This document shows positions 22,442-34,933 of a stretch of DNA of 64,000 nt, in pieces. Each line of letters opens with the position of its first letter. Position 1 is the first letter of the stretch. The notes beneath the pieces were generated by a model. It worked only from the letters and a program-made list of their open reading frames with translations. It ran no database searches and was not told the origin of the DNA. Made by a program: the position numbers and the translations under genes. The stretch comes from a virus. The stretch is from positions 1 through 64,000 of the IMG/VR virus record IMGVR_UViG_3300005253_000186; one strand, given 5' to 3'.

Positions 22442-22806
22442 CGCGCCCTCCTAGTTTGCTCCACGAGCTCGTCTCGGCACTGCCGGCAGAGGCGCCACTC
22501 AAGAGATTGTCCGAGGTGAATGACCCAAACGTACCGGACCCTTCGGCTACAGCCATTGCACCCGCCTGCTTGAATGGCGTCGGACTCGATTGCGACCATC
22601 CGGCGCCCTTCCTCGTCTGCACCAGGACGGATTGGGCCGGCCGTCTCGTTCCATGACTCGATCGCTCCCTCCTTGGTCTTGCGGGACGGCCCATGCGCCC
22701 AGCAATCACGGCACCACACCTGGTACTCATTCTTGCCCTCGAGGTTGGTACAGGCCACAGATATATCTCCGCCACCAGGACAATGCGGACACAGTTCGAT
22801 CTTCAT
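22438..22806 (-). CDS. Lar-like (restriction alleviation family) Zn-finger protein
   Basis: ELCPHCPG...VWCRDCWAHGP...EGAIESWN. Confidence 0.55.
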   Translation of the reverse strand: MKIELCPHCPGGGDISVACTNLEGKNEYQVWCRDCWAHGPSRKTKEGAIESWNETAGPIRPGADEEGRRMVAIESDAIQAGGCNGCSRRVRYVWVIHLGQSLEWRLCRQCRDELVEQTRRAR

Positions 22807-23456
22807 TTCTTCCTCCTTGGAGACTTTTTGGCGGCTTTACGCAAGCTGTCAGCGTAGAGCTGGCTGTCCATCGGAATCATGGCGCCCAGTTTCAGTTCCC
22901 TCATCCTTTCATATACCTCAATAGAGTGACCATCGAGATGCTTAGGTGAGATGTGGGCGACGTAGTGAAGCTCCATCGGAGTCATGTGCGTGCAGATGCG
23001 AGAATCATCAAACAGTTCAGAGAGGAATAGAGGAAGCCACGGAGTTTCCCAGTCCAAGAATATAAGCTTTTCGTTCTCCCTTTTGGGCTGTTCGATTTTG
23101 AATATGGGATCTTCCAGCATCTTCCAACTGCCTTCATCGTACTCGTCTGAATCCGCCGGTCCGCTCCACATATGCGGCTTCTTATCTTCAAAGACCCACC
23201 GAGTCGGATCAAAGATTGTGCCCTTGTACTCGACCCAGCCATGCCGATGGAACAAGATATTGGGGCGCTCCACGTTGGAACCGTGGTATTTGCCGTAAAC
23301 GGCTCTTGCGCCATTGCCGATCATCTTCGCCATAAGTACGGATACAACGTAGCACTTTCCCATCATAGTGGCGTAGACCTGCCTCCTCTTTGGAATATTT
23401 CTCTTCTCGCAGTACTCGGTGAGCACCTCTCTAAGGGTTGGGATCTTTACTGGCAC
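22803..23456 (-). CDS. Hypothetical protein (C...H.W...DPT, transglutaminase-like triad possible)
   Basis: GKCY..., HRHGWVE, IFDPT. Confidence 0.45.
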   Translation of the reverse strand: MPVKIPTLREVLTEYCEKRNIPKRRQVYATMMGKCYVVSVLMAKMIGNGARAVYGKYHGSNVERPNILFHRHGWVEYKGTIFDPTRWVFEDKKPHMWSGPADSDEYDEGSWKMLEDPIFKIEQPKRENEKLIFLDWETPWLPLFLSELFDDSRICTHMTPMELHYVAHISPKHLDGHSIEVYERMRELKLGAMIPMDSQLYADSLRKAAKKSPRRKK

Positions 23457-23700
23457 GTTCTTCCTCCCTTTTCTTCATCTCCATCTCGGCCAGAGCATTG
23501 CCGAGCGACCACGCCTGCTTGGCGATCTTCTTCTCTGGCTCTGCGTAGTTGATGTACGGACTCTTGTCCCCCAGGGTTCCGGTGATGATTGCCTTGATGA
23601 ACTCAACCCGCATCTGCCTCTTGGTCAAATCTTCGTGCGCCATGATCTCTCCATGTAAAAAGACGGGCCGTGATTAAGCCCGCCTAAGGAACTTGTCCGA

Positions 23701-24123
23701 TCAGCCATCCAGGACCGCAGGAGAACGTACATTCATGCCCTTCCTGCGCCTCTCCATGTACCCATTTTGGCACGAATGGCATCTCGTTGGAAAATTCAGG
23801 AGCTTCCTGTCGAACCACTCCATATATTCTGGATATTCCGGTTCTGGCGGCAGTAGGCCCCCACATTCTTTGCAGGGCAGAGACCCGACAAATTTCGCGA
23901 TCAGCTTCCTGACTCTCACCTGTAGCCTCCGGACCTTGTAATTTCCCATCCGGTATATGGTCGAGCGGGATACCCCAATCCTCTCAGCCATGGAGATCGC
24001 GTTGACTCCACTGTCTTCCCGATACTTCTTGATCAGTTGACACAAATACCATACATGATTCGAGACTTGCTTCTCTCCGCTTTCTTTCGCACTTCTCCTG
24101 TATCGATCATATTTCGTTTTCAT
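23701..24123 (-). CDS. HTH plus Zn-finger protein
   Basis: AISMAERIGVSRSTIYRM; CKEC, CHSC. Confidence 0.6.
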   Translation of the reverse strand: MKTKYDRYRRSAKESGEKQVSNHVWYLCQLIKKYREDSGVNAISMAERIGVSRSTIYRMGNYKVRRLQVRVRKLIAKFVGSLPCKECGGLLPPEPEYPEYMEWFDRKLLNFPTRCHSCQNGYMERRRKGMNVRSPAVLDG

Positions 24124-24353
24124 GATGATCTCCTGGACTATAGGAACTGACAGGCGGCCGGATTCCACCACCCGGACCGAAGAGGGCTTACAGGTGCAAT
24201 GGTCGACAGACCGCCCATGCCCCATCTACCAACGCCACATCCTCCACCTGGGGTGGTGTGGACTTGGGCCAGCTTTCGCTGGACGCCAGAGGTCCACCCC
24301 GTGATTCCCCATGCCCAACCTACGCGCTGCCGCGCCGCGCCTGTCAGTGCCTG

Positions 24354-24731
24354 TCAGTCCACTTCAATGGTGATGCTCATCCTTCCGAATGACAGTTTGA
24401 GCGGCGGAGTGGTCGAGCTGCCCGTGTCCAGACCCAGGGCCTCCTCGACCTCTCTCATGTTGGGCAACTCCACGGGCTCCGGCGATCTTGCCTGTCGGCG
24501 GACCGGCTTCCTGGGCGCACTGCTGCCGTTGCCGCCGAGCAACTTGAGTAGCTTCTTGTGCGTCCTGTCATGGAGGCGCTTCGACTTGTTCTTTTCCAGA
24601 TTGACGATGACTCCGCCAGAGATGCCCATCTTCTCTGACAGTTCATTGACGCTCATGCCCTTGTTCTCGCGGAGCTTCCTTAGGCGAACGCCTATGTCCC
24701 GAAGTTCCGACTTGACTGATGTTCCCTTCAT
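24354..24731 (-). CDS. XRE-family HTH transcriptional regulator
   Basis: IGVRLRKLRENKGMSVNELSEKMGISGGVIVNLE. Confidence 0.8.
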   Translation of the reverse strand: MKGTSVKSELRDIGVRLRKLRENKGMSVNELSEKMGISGGVIVNLEKNKSKRLHDRTHKKLLKLLGGNGSSAPRKPVRRQARSPEPVELPNMREVEEALGLDTGSSTTPPLKLSFGRMSITIEVD

Positions 24732-24919
24732 GGTTCTTCCCTCCTGGTGGGTGAGAAATACGAAACAACTCTAGTCTTCTTATACCGTAAAGCTAAAAGG
24801 GAGAGGCAGACGACCCTCTCCCCCAGCCGGCTAAGCCGACTTCTTAAAGAAGCGGGAGGGGCGTATGCACGGCTGCCGGCCCCAGGTGGTCGGCAGAAAT
24901 GATCGCCTCCCCCCGCCCT

Positions 24920-25501
24920 TTACGTTCTGCGGTTAGGCGTCACGATGTGATGCTTTTTGATGGTTGCCCTTAAGGCAGACATGTGCCGATAGACGGCCAG
25001 GAAGTACAGCTTGGATTCCTGGAACGCTCTCTGCTTCACGAGCTTGGCCATCCTGTTGCCCTCGAACATCGCGGGCTTGGTCCTGCGGAGGATGGTCATG
25101 ATGGCCCTGTAGTTCGACAGGCACCATCTGTAGAGTTCGTGAAACGTCGGGTTCAGCGTGTAACAGCGTTTCTCCCAAACCCAGACGATCACGAAGTTTC
25201 GATCTCGGAGATCGGCCATGGCGGGGCCATAGATCTCGTTATGGTACCCCTCCTTCTTGACGGCCCTTCTGAGATCGTCAGGATGGACGTACCGCTTCTT
25301 CCTCAGTGCTTTGAGGACAACATCACTCAGGGCCGTCTGCTGACTCCCTGGTGGCGACGACTTCTTCCTGGCTTTCCCGGGAGTCGCCTTTTTGTTCGTT
25401 CTTACGTGCCTGAGACTCTTCCCCTTCTTTTTAGACTTCGGCGGGGTCTTCTTCGTAGTACGTGTTGACGGCCTGCTCCTTGCTGCTTTCGTCTTCGCCA
25501 A
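24920..25501 (-). CDS. Basic hypothetical protein (possible DNA binding)
   Basis: Lys/Arg-rich N-terminus; TTG start with GGAGG SD. Confidence 0.55.
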   Translation of the reverse strand: MAKTKAARSRPSTRTTKKTPPKSKKKGKSLRHVRTNKKATPGKARKKSSPPGSQQTALSDVVLKALRKKRYVHPDDLRRAVKKEGYHNEIYGPAMADLRDRNFVIVWVWEKRCYTLNPTFHELYRWCLSNYRAIMTILRRTKPAMFEGNRMAKLVKQRAFQESKLYFLAVYRHMSALRATIKKHHIVTPNRRT

Positions 25502-26729
25502 TTGAAACTACCTCCTCTTTCTCGGTTCCCTGTGGATCTTCCTGGTCCACCCTGGGCGCGCCTGGCCCCTGCCTGAGATCATCGTCCTCGATGGCCCGTC
25601 TCAGCTTGGTGTTTAAGAGATCCACCATGATCCCCTGCATGCCCTTGTCCTGACACTGAGTACGGAATACAATATCATCATCGTGTTCATGTAGACGGAT
25701 GCGACACTCCACGTCTCCGTTGACCTCGAACCATATACGCATGCATACACCTCCTTTTCGGCTGATCTTATACCAGCTATTTTCTATCGGTTTCGCCTCG
25801 CAGCATTCCTGGCTTTACCGATACCTTTTCCCGTAAGGGCGTACTTCTCCCCAGACTTCTTGAGCTCCCCGCTCGCCACCATGGAATCCAGGATGAAGGC
25901 CAGATTCCCGCTCTTCTTATCCATCCACGGGTCAATGTCCATGGCAGAATCAGACCCTCGGCCGCACCAGATCCCCGCGGCGCGGATACGCCTGGCGATC
26001 TTGCGGACCCTGTCTCGCTCGTATCCAGTGAACTTCGTGATTCGGTCGGCGTTAGGGCCTACGGACATGCACGACAAAAGAACGACAGCGGACTGGAAGA
26101 AATACTGATCATCCTGAGACTTGCATTCAAGTACTTCTTCGACGATCCTTTTTACTTCTTCCAGGTCTGGATGAAGGCATGAGCTCTTCGTCGACCTCTT
26201 TGGCGAGTCTAGCCTCGTAGTAGTCTTCGGGTTCGTCGGTGTGAACCCAAGCCTCTCCCTCTGGTTCTTCCTTGGCCTGGCCGAGATCAGGCTCGTTGAC
26301 CGGAATGGAATCGGAGCTGGTATCGCTGATAATGAATGCCAGTGCTGCGTCTTCGCCATAGTTCTGCTCCACTTGTTCAGCCTGAACCACGGACCGTCGG
26401 ATCGCGATCTCCTCAGGCTCCTTTGCCAATTTCCTGATCGCCCGGGCTGTCTCGTCGGACGACCGGTCTTCGCACATCATTGCACAGACCTCGAAAGCCT
26501 CTCGCAGACTCTTTCCTTCATGAATGCACGCTGCGCACACGAAGTCCGGGGCCCAGTCCACGATGCCCAGCCCTATGGCGTTTTCTACGAAGTGCCCGCA
26601 CGGCAACTTCGGCCTTTCCTCCATTTCCTTCTTCAAGATGTTGCGGTCCTCCGTGGTTAAAGTAGATTTGATAAACATGAGATACTCCCTGGTGGCATGG
26701 TTTATGTTCATATTTTTCTTATACCTGAA

Positions 26730-27599
26730 TCAATAGCCAGCGAGGAACTTCTCGAAGTTTTGCCTAAAGATCGCATCCGCCACGCAGATCACAGGGTGGA
26801 ACCCGTTCCTTGTTCTGGACCATAGGTGTCTGCGACCAGCATCCCGGTAGTAGGAATCGGTATGGCAGATGTTTAAGGTGATGCTGCCACTGTTGCCGTT
26901 AACCGAACGATTCAGGTGCAGGTGACACAGGGTGATCTTGCCTCTCTTGGTCTTTTTCGACTTCTCGATCACCACATTCCGCACAATGTATGTCCTATCA
27001 AAGCCCCCTTCCTCCGCGAGGATAATGGTTTCTCCTCTGAAGCTCCTAATGAAGTTCACGGTCTGATTGCCGCGGAGCCTGACAAACTGCCTGCGCAGGA
27101 AGTGATACATAACCAGGTTGCTGACCATGATGGACAGATTGAACCCGCCCTGCGACTCGCATGTTCTCACGTATGCGGTTGCAAGTTTACTGGTGTCGTT
27201 GTCTAAGAACGCATCCCCCATATTGGCTTCTATGGCGAAGTACCCCGCCCTGGTTCTGTCTGAATTGGGGATGTGTGTAAATCCAGGCCTCTCCATAACC
27301 ACTGAGATCTTATCCGAGACGACGCTGCAATTGGCCTTGGGGCTCACCCCGTATATTCTCGGGGTCTGCGCGTCGTTCCGGACCATGTAGTCGATCACCT
27401 CTACGAAGTTGTCGATCTCCCTGCGAACCCCCTCGACGTAGACTCTCTTCCGCATGATTTCTTTGGTGTACTTAACCTTCGCCCTCATGATGAGGTCAGT
27501 GGCTTCCCTCTGGGTCTGCTCGATCTCCTCCTTGAGATGCCTGATCGTCTGCTTGAAATCCGTCGCCAACGCCTTCAGGAGGCGCTTTTCTGTCCACAT
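26730..27599 (-). CDS. Hypothetical protein
   Basis: Long ORF; GGAAGGAAGGGG SD before MWTEK. Confidence 0.6.
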   Translation of the reverse strand: MWTEKRLLKALATDFKQTIRHLKEEIEQTQREATDLIMRAKVKYTKEIMRKRVYVEGVRREIDNFVEVIDYMVRNDAQTPRIYGVSPKANCSVVSDKISVVMERPGFTHIPNSDRTRAGYFAIEANMGDAFLDNDTSKLATAYVRTCESQGGFNLSIMVSNLVMYHFLRRQFVRLRGNQTVNFIRSFRGETIILAEEGGFDRTYIVRNVVIEKSKKTKRGKITLCHLHLNRSVNGNSGSITLNICHTDSYYRDAGRRHLWSRTRNGFHPVICVADAIFRQNFEKFLAGY

Positions 27600-29466
27600 C
27601 TGTGCCCCCTTCCTTCCGGATTCACGGGTAATATGGGTCTCTCTTGTAGCCGCTCTTTCGCCTCTTGACAGGTGCGCCAGAAAGACTATTTGTATGAACC
27701 CAAATGGCATACCAGCTCTGCTTATAGAATTTGTAACCGGACTTGAACGATCGCAGATAGTTTCGAATTGTTTTTCGCTTACGGAAGTCCCTCTCGTGGG
27801 CCTCCATGATCGTATGTTCATTATTCACCGCGATTCGGCCGAGTGTCCACACTGGGCGACTTACCCCCTGACACAACGTCCAGATCCGACCTTGAAATAC
27901 AACTTCATCGCCAAGGTTGTAATCAGGTATCCATCGAAGGGAGACCCACACCATGAACAGCCACCATTTTATTTTGATCATCATTTCTCCTTTCGGCTAA
28001 AAAGAGCCCGAAGGCCCTTTATTTCCTCATCTTCCTGGCCTCGTACATGTTCTTCGGAGCCTTATCTGGATGGAAGATGTTCATGAAGGCCATGAGCTCT
28101 TTGTCCTTCCGCTCTTCCTGTTCCGGGCCGTCATACGGGTCCGGTACGCCGAATAGCTGATCCTGAAGCATAGCGACGCCACGAACCTTCTGGATCAGCT
28201 CGTCACCGTCCCGCTCCTTCCGTTTCTTCCTTTTCTTTGCCATGATTTGTCTCCGGATAAAAAAGGAGCCGAAGCTCCAATTTTGGTTGTTAGATTTCCA
28301 GCATTGCGTCTAAGAGAGTATCGGCGTCGTTCTTCTCTCCTTGTGTTGCCCTCTTCGCACCGCGCTGTTCGAGGTCCTCGAAGATCTCGCAGGCGATCCG
28401 CATGGACCTCAGGTTAACGCGGCGCGGGTAACACGGGTTGCCGCTGTTGCGCTTCAGGTGCTCATTAACGACTTCCCTGGCCTTCTTCGCCAACGCGATT
28501 GTGTCCGAACTGATGCGTCCGAAGAATCCGGTCATGACGCGCTCCTTTCCCTTAGAGATGATTCAGGATGAAGCGGGCGTGCTCCCCGCGCCACCTGACA
28601 ACCTTTTTGAGAGGGGCCATCGGGAGATTTGTGAAGTTGGTCTTGATATACTCAAGCTCATCTCCATCTGCCTGGATCTCATCGACCTGCTCCAGGTTCA
28701 CACCTGGACGGCCCTCCCTCACGTGCCATTCAAAGATCTTGTCCGAGCGTATGAATTTGATACATAGCATGGCTTTCCTCCTTCTCATTTGATATGGACT
28801 TGCACCTTGAGTTCGATCTCGGCTAGCGCGGTCGACCTGAATGCAACGAACTTGTTGTTGCTGTTGCTGTTGCTGTTGCCAAGAGAGAGTCTCGTGATCT
28901 CCTTCTTCCACTCTTCTTGATCCTCGGTGACGAGGTACTGGATATATGGATCGTCATGAGCTGCGTACCCATGGCCAGGATTTTCCTTGGACCTCTCGTC
29001 AGCAGGGATGTGCCTGCTCCTGAACTTCAGGATTGCGTAGTGCGAACCCTTGGGCATGTCTTCCGGATTCAGTACCGTTTTCATGGTGCACCTCCTTTTT
29101 TCAGGTAAGCCTTCATGGTTATGGCGATGCCGGACGTGAAGCCGGCTATCCAGACATGCGCGCCTTCTATATTGGTTTCTGGAGTCCACTCGTCCTGATC
29201 CCCTATCTTGAAGCTGTATCTGACGCCAACCTTCTTCAAGGTGATCCTAGGAAGCCTTGCTGCGACCATGACAACGTTGGCCCCAGAAATATATTCTTCC
29301 AGCGTCCTGGATTTGGGGTCTCCAGGGAACAGGGACCCGATCATCTCATCCATGAAGTCGCTCATGTGGCCTCCGATCTAAGATAATGTCTTCACTCTTC
29401 TTATACCTAAAAAAGAGGGCCGAGACCTCCGAAGAAGTCCCGGCCTGAACATAACTGTAGAAGAAA

Positions 29467-29558
29467 TGGCAGAGGACAAGAGAATCGAACTCTCAGACCG
29501 TATTTCAGGCCAATTGCTTAGCAAGCAATCCCAGCGAACCAGTATCTGGCTATCCTCT
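29467..29558 (-). tRNA. tRNA-Ser(GCT)
   Basis: Cloverleaf, ATTGC-TT GCT AA-GCAAT, long variable arm, GCCA end. Confidence 0.9.
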
Positions 29559-29891
29559 CTTCATTATCTCCAGGTCCTGAGCGGGTAAAGCGCGTCGATC
29601 TTTTTGCGAGCTCTTCTGTGCGACTTGAAGCGTTCGACCTCGGCAGGCTTCTGGCCGTGCTGAAGGAGAAGCTTTCCCCCGCCTCTCGACATAAGACCTC
29701 CTCTCGAGTACTCAATCGGCGTCTTGGCGACCCAGTCATCCCCCTCCTTGTAGATCAGGGCGCCATCGAATCTCACATACATGTTCTTGCTGATGCGCTC
29801 CCAGTCTTTCCTGGGCTTGTGACCGACCTTCTTTTCGAGTAGAGACTTCCTACCTCCTCTTGCCCATGGCGGCATAGATAATGAAATCATA

Positions 29892-30335
29892 TTACCTCCC
29901 TGTTGAACCGAACCCCGCGTCCCCCCTGGACTCGTTCTCGGGCTTATCTTCGACCTGTGCGAGGAAAATCTTGTCGAGCTTGAACGGCACCATCTGGGCG
30001 ATCCTGTCTCCGACCTTATACCGGAAAGGCTGGGTGCCGAAGTTAAGCAGAATCACCCTGATCTCACCAGTGTAATCCTGGTCAACAGTTCCAGGCGCAT
30101 TCATGACGAACACGCCTTGCTTGGCAGCAAGTCCGCTCCTGGACCTGATCTGGACCTCAAACCCAGACTCTATGCCAAGATGAATTCCGGTCGGCACAAC
30201 TCCCCATGACATGGGGCCAATCGCGCCGCCTTCGCATGCGTACAGGTCAAAACCTGAATCCGTCGGATTCGACTTGGTCGGCATCTGCGCATCCTCGTGC
30301 GCGAGGTATATCTGCAACGTTGCCGGGTGTTCCAT
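29892..30335 (-). CDS. dut: dUTPase (trimeric)
   Basis: SGFDL, RSRSGLA, GTVDQDYTGE, RIAQ, RGDAGFGSTG. Start at MEHP because the upstream part of the ORF is a tRNA. Confidence 0.95.
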   Translation of the reverse strand: MEHPATLQIYLAHEDAQMPTKSNPTDSGFDLYACEGGAIGPMSWGVVPTGIHLGIESGFEVQIRSRSGLAAKQGVFVMNAPGTVDQDYTGEIRVILLNFGTQPFRYKVGDRIAQMVPFKLDKIFLAQVEDKPENESRGDAGFGSTGR

Positions 30336-30351
30336 CTGTTTCTCCTGAAAA

Positions 30352-30437
30352 TGGCGGAGAGCGGAAGATTCGAACTCCACCCCTCTCGGGGCCACCTGTG
30401 TTCCAAACAGGGCCAGCTCCTCGCTGGTTCACTCTCC
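30352..30437 (-). tRNA. tRNA-Ser(GGA)
   Basis: CCTGT-TT GGA AC-ACAGG, long variable arm, GCCA. Confidence 0.9.
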
Positions 30438-31855
30438 ATCTTTGGTGTACAAGTACAATAGCAGTCCAGCCCCGAATGATCCAGCGCCCCACTTCTCTGA
30501 GAGTATCCGTTTTGTCTCTGACCACGCAATGATTCTAACCACGTAGTTATCTTGCGTCGTCGCCAGGCCCCAGATCGGGCGGCTGGGCTTGCCCCCGTCA
30601 GGATAATATCGGATCATGGCGCAGCCTCCACGGAGAGAAGGTTCCCCTCATAGTTCCCCTCATAGTCCCTCTCCGTGGCGTAGAAGTATACCAGGATGCC
30701 AGCGCCAACGGAACCATTGTTCCAGGCCTCCCATTTTCTCCAGGCCCATGGGTCTCGGACTGTGATTATCCCTGAAGCCTCCTTTTCTGCCTTCAAATAC
30801 TGGCGCGCCTCTTTGAGCATCTTTATATCGGGCTCCCCATCGTCATCCACCACGATCATAGGTCGCCCGTCGTAGGAAAGAGCTTCCGTTTGGACGCCAT
30901 TGCAGGCAGCAAATATCGCCTCTTTGTAGTTGCCCCCGGATCCGTGGAATCCAAAGAAGACAAGCCCTGCCGTGGCTAGTTTTTCGCGATCTTCATACAT
31001 CGCGTAGTTGGCCTCTTCGACCGATACCTCTATCCAGGTTTCTTCTTCCTGTTCTACTGCATCGTACCAATCCTCACCCATGGCTGAGCAGAATTTTGGT
31101 TCATCAGACTTTCGGAATGTTATGTACAGCGAACAACGGTCTCCCATGACTAGGCCTCCTGTGCTTCATGGCTAGGAATACAGATACAACAGAAGTCCAG
31201 CTCCGAGAGATCCTTTGTTCCATCTCCGCAAAAGCTTCTTCACCAAATCTCCGTACTTCATGGACCTGGCCATCGTGAGATAGTCTGCGGTCGGTATTCT
31301 GCTCATAGCCGTTCCTCCCGACCGCAAAGGAATAACATGATCCCATCTCCTAGCGAAGATTCGTGGTTCCACCTTAGGAGAATTCTCCAGTACAAAAGAT
31401 CCTGCTTTTCTATCTCGCTTATCGCCCGATACTCGTGCTCTAGCTCGGCCTGGTAGACACGAAGCTTTTCCATTTCCTCGACTTCGTCGTAGGCGCCGTC
31501 CCACGCGGGCTTTGGCTCTTCTGGCTTACGTGGTAGATCCCAGTCTAGGTCCATCAGATCTCACCGTACAAAAACAGAAAAATACCGGCGCCAATAGATC
31601 CGTGCCACCACCTGTTCTTCCACAAAGAGACAGTGTTCCCATAGCCGTATGCTTCACGCCAAGCGGTGAATTCCTTGCTATCAAGATCAAGCAGCGAGTC
31701 TCTCATAGTGCCTTCCTCCAGATAAACAGAGCGATTCCGGCCCCTATAGACCTGCTGCTCCTCCAATGTTGCCGGAGCATTCTTATTTGAAGGCGAACGA
31801 TAGCGTCGGCCTCTGGATCTGTCATAGAGCGGATCATGTTCATCGTAAGTTCCAT
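30429..31855 (-). other. Cluster of six small paralogous CDSs sharing a W-x(2-4)-S-x-G-A-G-hydrophobic motif (30429-30617, 30614-31147, 31172-31306, 31303-31554, 31554-31706, 31703-31855)
   Basis: WGAGSFGAGLLLY, WNNGSVGAGILVY, WNKGSLGAGLLLY, WNHESSLGDGIMLF, WWHGSIGAGIFLF, WRSSRSIGAGIALF; mostly stop/start overlaps. Confidence 0.7.
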
Positions 31856-31870
31856 TGGAATCTCCGCAGA

Positions 31871-31956
31871 TGGCGGAAGCAGTGGGACTCGAACCCACAA
31901 GGCAGTTACGCCCACTTGTTTTCAAGACAAGCCCCTCGTCCAGCCGGTCTACTTCC
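31871..31956 (-). tRNA. tRNA-Ser(TGA)
   Basis: CTTGT-CT TGA AA-ACAAG, long variable arm, GCCA. Confidence 0.9.
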
Positions 31957-34813
31957 TAGAACTTTCCACTCAGGATATGGTACTGTCCACACTTAAGGCA
32001 GCAAGGCTTCCTGACGTTCGGAACCAGCATCATGATATTCTCGCATCTCTTGCAGATCATAGCCACTCCTATGCCGTAAGGCGCGTCCATGTGGATGATT
32101 GGATACGGCTCATACAACCCGTCTAGGTACCTGCTTATACCGTCTCCCAGGTTCTTCATTCTGGATCATCTCCGCTTCATCGCTGGGACCACAATAGCCA
32201 GCTTGCCGCATCCAATGCAAATAAAAGCATGCGGCCCCTTTGAATGCATCCTATGCCCATTCGGGGCGTTGCATCGTGGACACCTTTGATTCTGACCTTC
32301 GATTTCGACGTGCGGATCTTCGTCGTACATCCCCCTCAGGAATACCCAAATCCTGTACCCAATTGTCACGTGGTTTGGCATCAGCGCCTGCCCCCCTTCA
32401 GGACGACGGTGTTTACCCCATGGCAGTGGCCGCAGTGTATTTCGGTGCAGATCTTCTCAAGCCAGGAAGTTGTATTAAGCTCTCGGCAATAGGCGCACAG
32501 CCAGTGCCTCCCGCTTGTCCAGGGATTCGTGATTTTCGCGTCAGGATTAACTGCTCGTACCGCCTCGACCACTGGCCATTCGCCCCATCTCGACAGGAAT
32601 CGTGAGATTCTGCCCCCGATTGTCCATTTGTAGTCCGTGTGATCCATCAGTTCCGCTCTCTCCCGCCTATGCAGACGATGTGTCCAGCGTCGCACTCGTG
32701 ACAGCTAGTGCGGTACGGGTTCGTATAGGTTACCGCGGCAAGTCCATCCATATGGAGGAACCCGCAGGATACGCAGCGCCAGGCCCTCCGGTAGTCGAAG
32801 ACAGTGCGGACGACGTAGCTCTCATTAAAATCTCCTCTACGTCCGATAAAGCTCGTTATCCTGAATCCGAGGCTCATTTGCCGTGCCTCCTCTTGCGCGG
32901 TGTCGAGATGTAGGTGAACCCGCACTCAATGTTCGAGCATGAGAGAACAAGCGGCTGCGGCCTGTGCTTGTGCTCCACTTTGATGGTCCCGCATTGTGGG
33001 CACTTGAACAGGCCCCTGTGTTCGATTATGGGACGCTGTCTGTAGGTCCCCCGGTCGCCCAGGAATAGCTTCATCTTAAGTCCGAGGCTCATCCCTTCTC
33101 CTTCAGGCGAATCAGAGAACCGCATTTATCGCACATGTAATTGCCGTCGCGGAACTTTTCATCAAAGTTGACCAAGGCGTAATCGATTAAACACCGAGGG
33201 CATGGCGGATATGCAAACACCATTCCGCTGGTCACTTCAACTATGTACTGGCCCCTCGTAAAGGCGAAGATAATCCGTCCGATATTCATTCTATCGTCTC
33301 CGCGAGTATCACCAGATAAGATTGACCGCAACCGAGACAGAAAAATTCTTTCGGAGTTTTGGCTGGGAACCTCACATAGACGCCTCCCATTCCCGTGGGA
33401 CACACAATGCACTCGTATCTAACGGCTTCCAACTTCTCCCTCTTGGTGATCATTGTGTCTCTCTGCTGGATAAACGCGAACATCCTAATCCCAAGATTCA
33501 TTCCGGCCTCCTGAAAATTAAAATGTACGGTTGCCAGCATCTGTCACACGCGCCTTCTGCGGTGCGGCCTCCATTCCAGTCTACATTAACTATTCCTTCT
33601 ACGCATTTCGAGCATTGGTACTTGTCCTCTACAAGTCGATGCTCCTTATTGAGGATCAGCGTCTCCTTGTCCTGGAGGAATGCGTGGATCATGCCACCAA
33701 CAGTCACGGGACACCTGTTACAATATGAGGTTGCCCGCATCCTCGGCAGTGAGCCCTGACTGTCTTCCCGCCTATCCCTGGCATGGTCCTTTGCCAGTCT
33801 ACTCGAATCCTCCCGCCGCAATCGTCGCAGTCATAGGTTTTTATATACGGCAGTCCGATGTTTTTGAATTTCAACACACTTGGCGTCTTCCTGAGAAGGA
33901 AAACGTAGATCATGTATCCAAGAGTCATTTACGTCTCCCTTTCCCTTATTCGGTAGACCCGGCGACAGTAGTCGCAGGCACAGTGAATGGGGAAGATTTT
34001 GTCCCAATCTACTTCAATCCTCCCTATGGTACAAATGCGGCAAGCGTAAGATTCTCCCCGAATAAGAGGGGCTATGTGTACATACGGCAATTGTTCGTTT
34101 ATGAACGCGAATATCTGGTAGCCAAGAGTAATTGGATAGCCAAGAGCCATACCTATCTCCTAGGTCTAAGGAGCTCATGTCTTCTAAACAGGTACCTTTT
34201 CCCGCACGTACATGTAGTGTAGTGCGGCATTTCCCTCTGGCGCCCAACTCTCTGGTCGCAGTAGATGCACTTGGTCCAAGAGGTAGAGGTGAACACGATG
34301 ACCACGTCCTGGTCAAAGCTGTATATGTTGTACACGAGATCGAAAATCATGTGTCCGAGGGTCATTGTAATCTCCCGGAATCAAGGATGCTAAGGCGCCC
34401 CATGATGTATCTCTTTCCGCATTGGCAGGTCAGAAGGTGGGGATTGAGAAACAGGGGGCGTAGAACATGGGCGCATCTAGCGCAAACGAACTCCCAGGAG
34501 CCGGGCATAATCATGGCGTAACTGGATTCACACCTGTAGTAGATGAAATTGAAGATCGTATCTCCGAGCGTCATGCCCTGACCCCCTCTCGTGCGGTGTT
34601 CATCCATCGCCTTCTCCTGAACGCGAACCTCTTCCCGCACTCGCATGATGTGAAGTGGGGAGCGTTTTCTAGGCGTAGAATCTTTTTTCCGCATCGGGGA
34701 CACGTAGTCCCATGCAGTGCCTCGCGCAGTCCGGAGTGGAATATGATGGTCAAATCTTCGTCGAAGTCGTACATGTTGTAGATGAGCTGATAGATCATCG
34801 TGCCGATGGTCAT
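31956..34813 (-). other. Tandem array of ~13 small Zn-ribbon CDSs (65-90 aa) with N-terminal (S/T/N)-(L/I)-G-x-x-I-x-x-F motif
   Basis: MSLGFRITSF, MSLGLKMKLF, MNIGRIIFAF, MNLGIRMFAF, MTLGYMIYVF, MTLGHMIFDL, MTLGDTIFNF, MTIGTMIYQL and others; each has two Cys pairs; coupled stop/start codons. Confidence 0.75.
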
Positions 34814-34829
34814 GTGAGACTCCTAAGAA

Positions 34830-34917
34830 TGGCGGGGTGTGCGAGACTCGAACTCGCAAGGCATGTTTCAGCCCACACCGTCTCGAACGGTGATCTTCAT
34901 CCAGCCAGATACACCCC
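34830..34917 (-). tRNA. tRNA-Ser(CGA)
   Basis: CACCG-TT CGA GA-CGGTG, long variable arm, GCCA. Confidence 0.9.
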
Positions 34918-34933
34918 TAGATGCCATCTCTAC

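Noticed and set aside
28552-28911. Poly-Gln protein / microsatellite
   Set aside because: The short CTGTTG repeat lies in the overlapping gene, where it encodes NSNSNSNN; the real gene here most likely starts at MLCIKF.
30336-30395. N-terminal extension of dUTPase in the ORF track
   Set aside because: It overlaps tRNA-Ser(GGA). Similar ORFs over other tRNAs and the tmRNA (46209-46636, 47968-48303, 54131-54313, 56118-56732) are also spurious.
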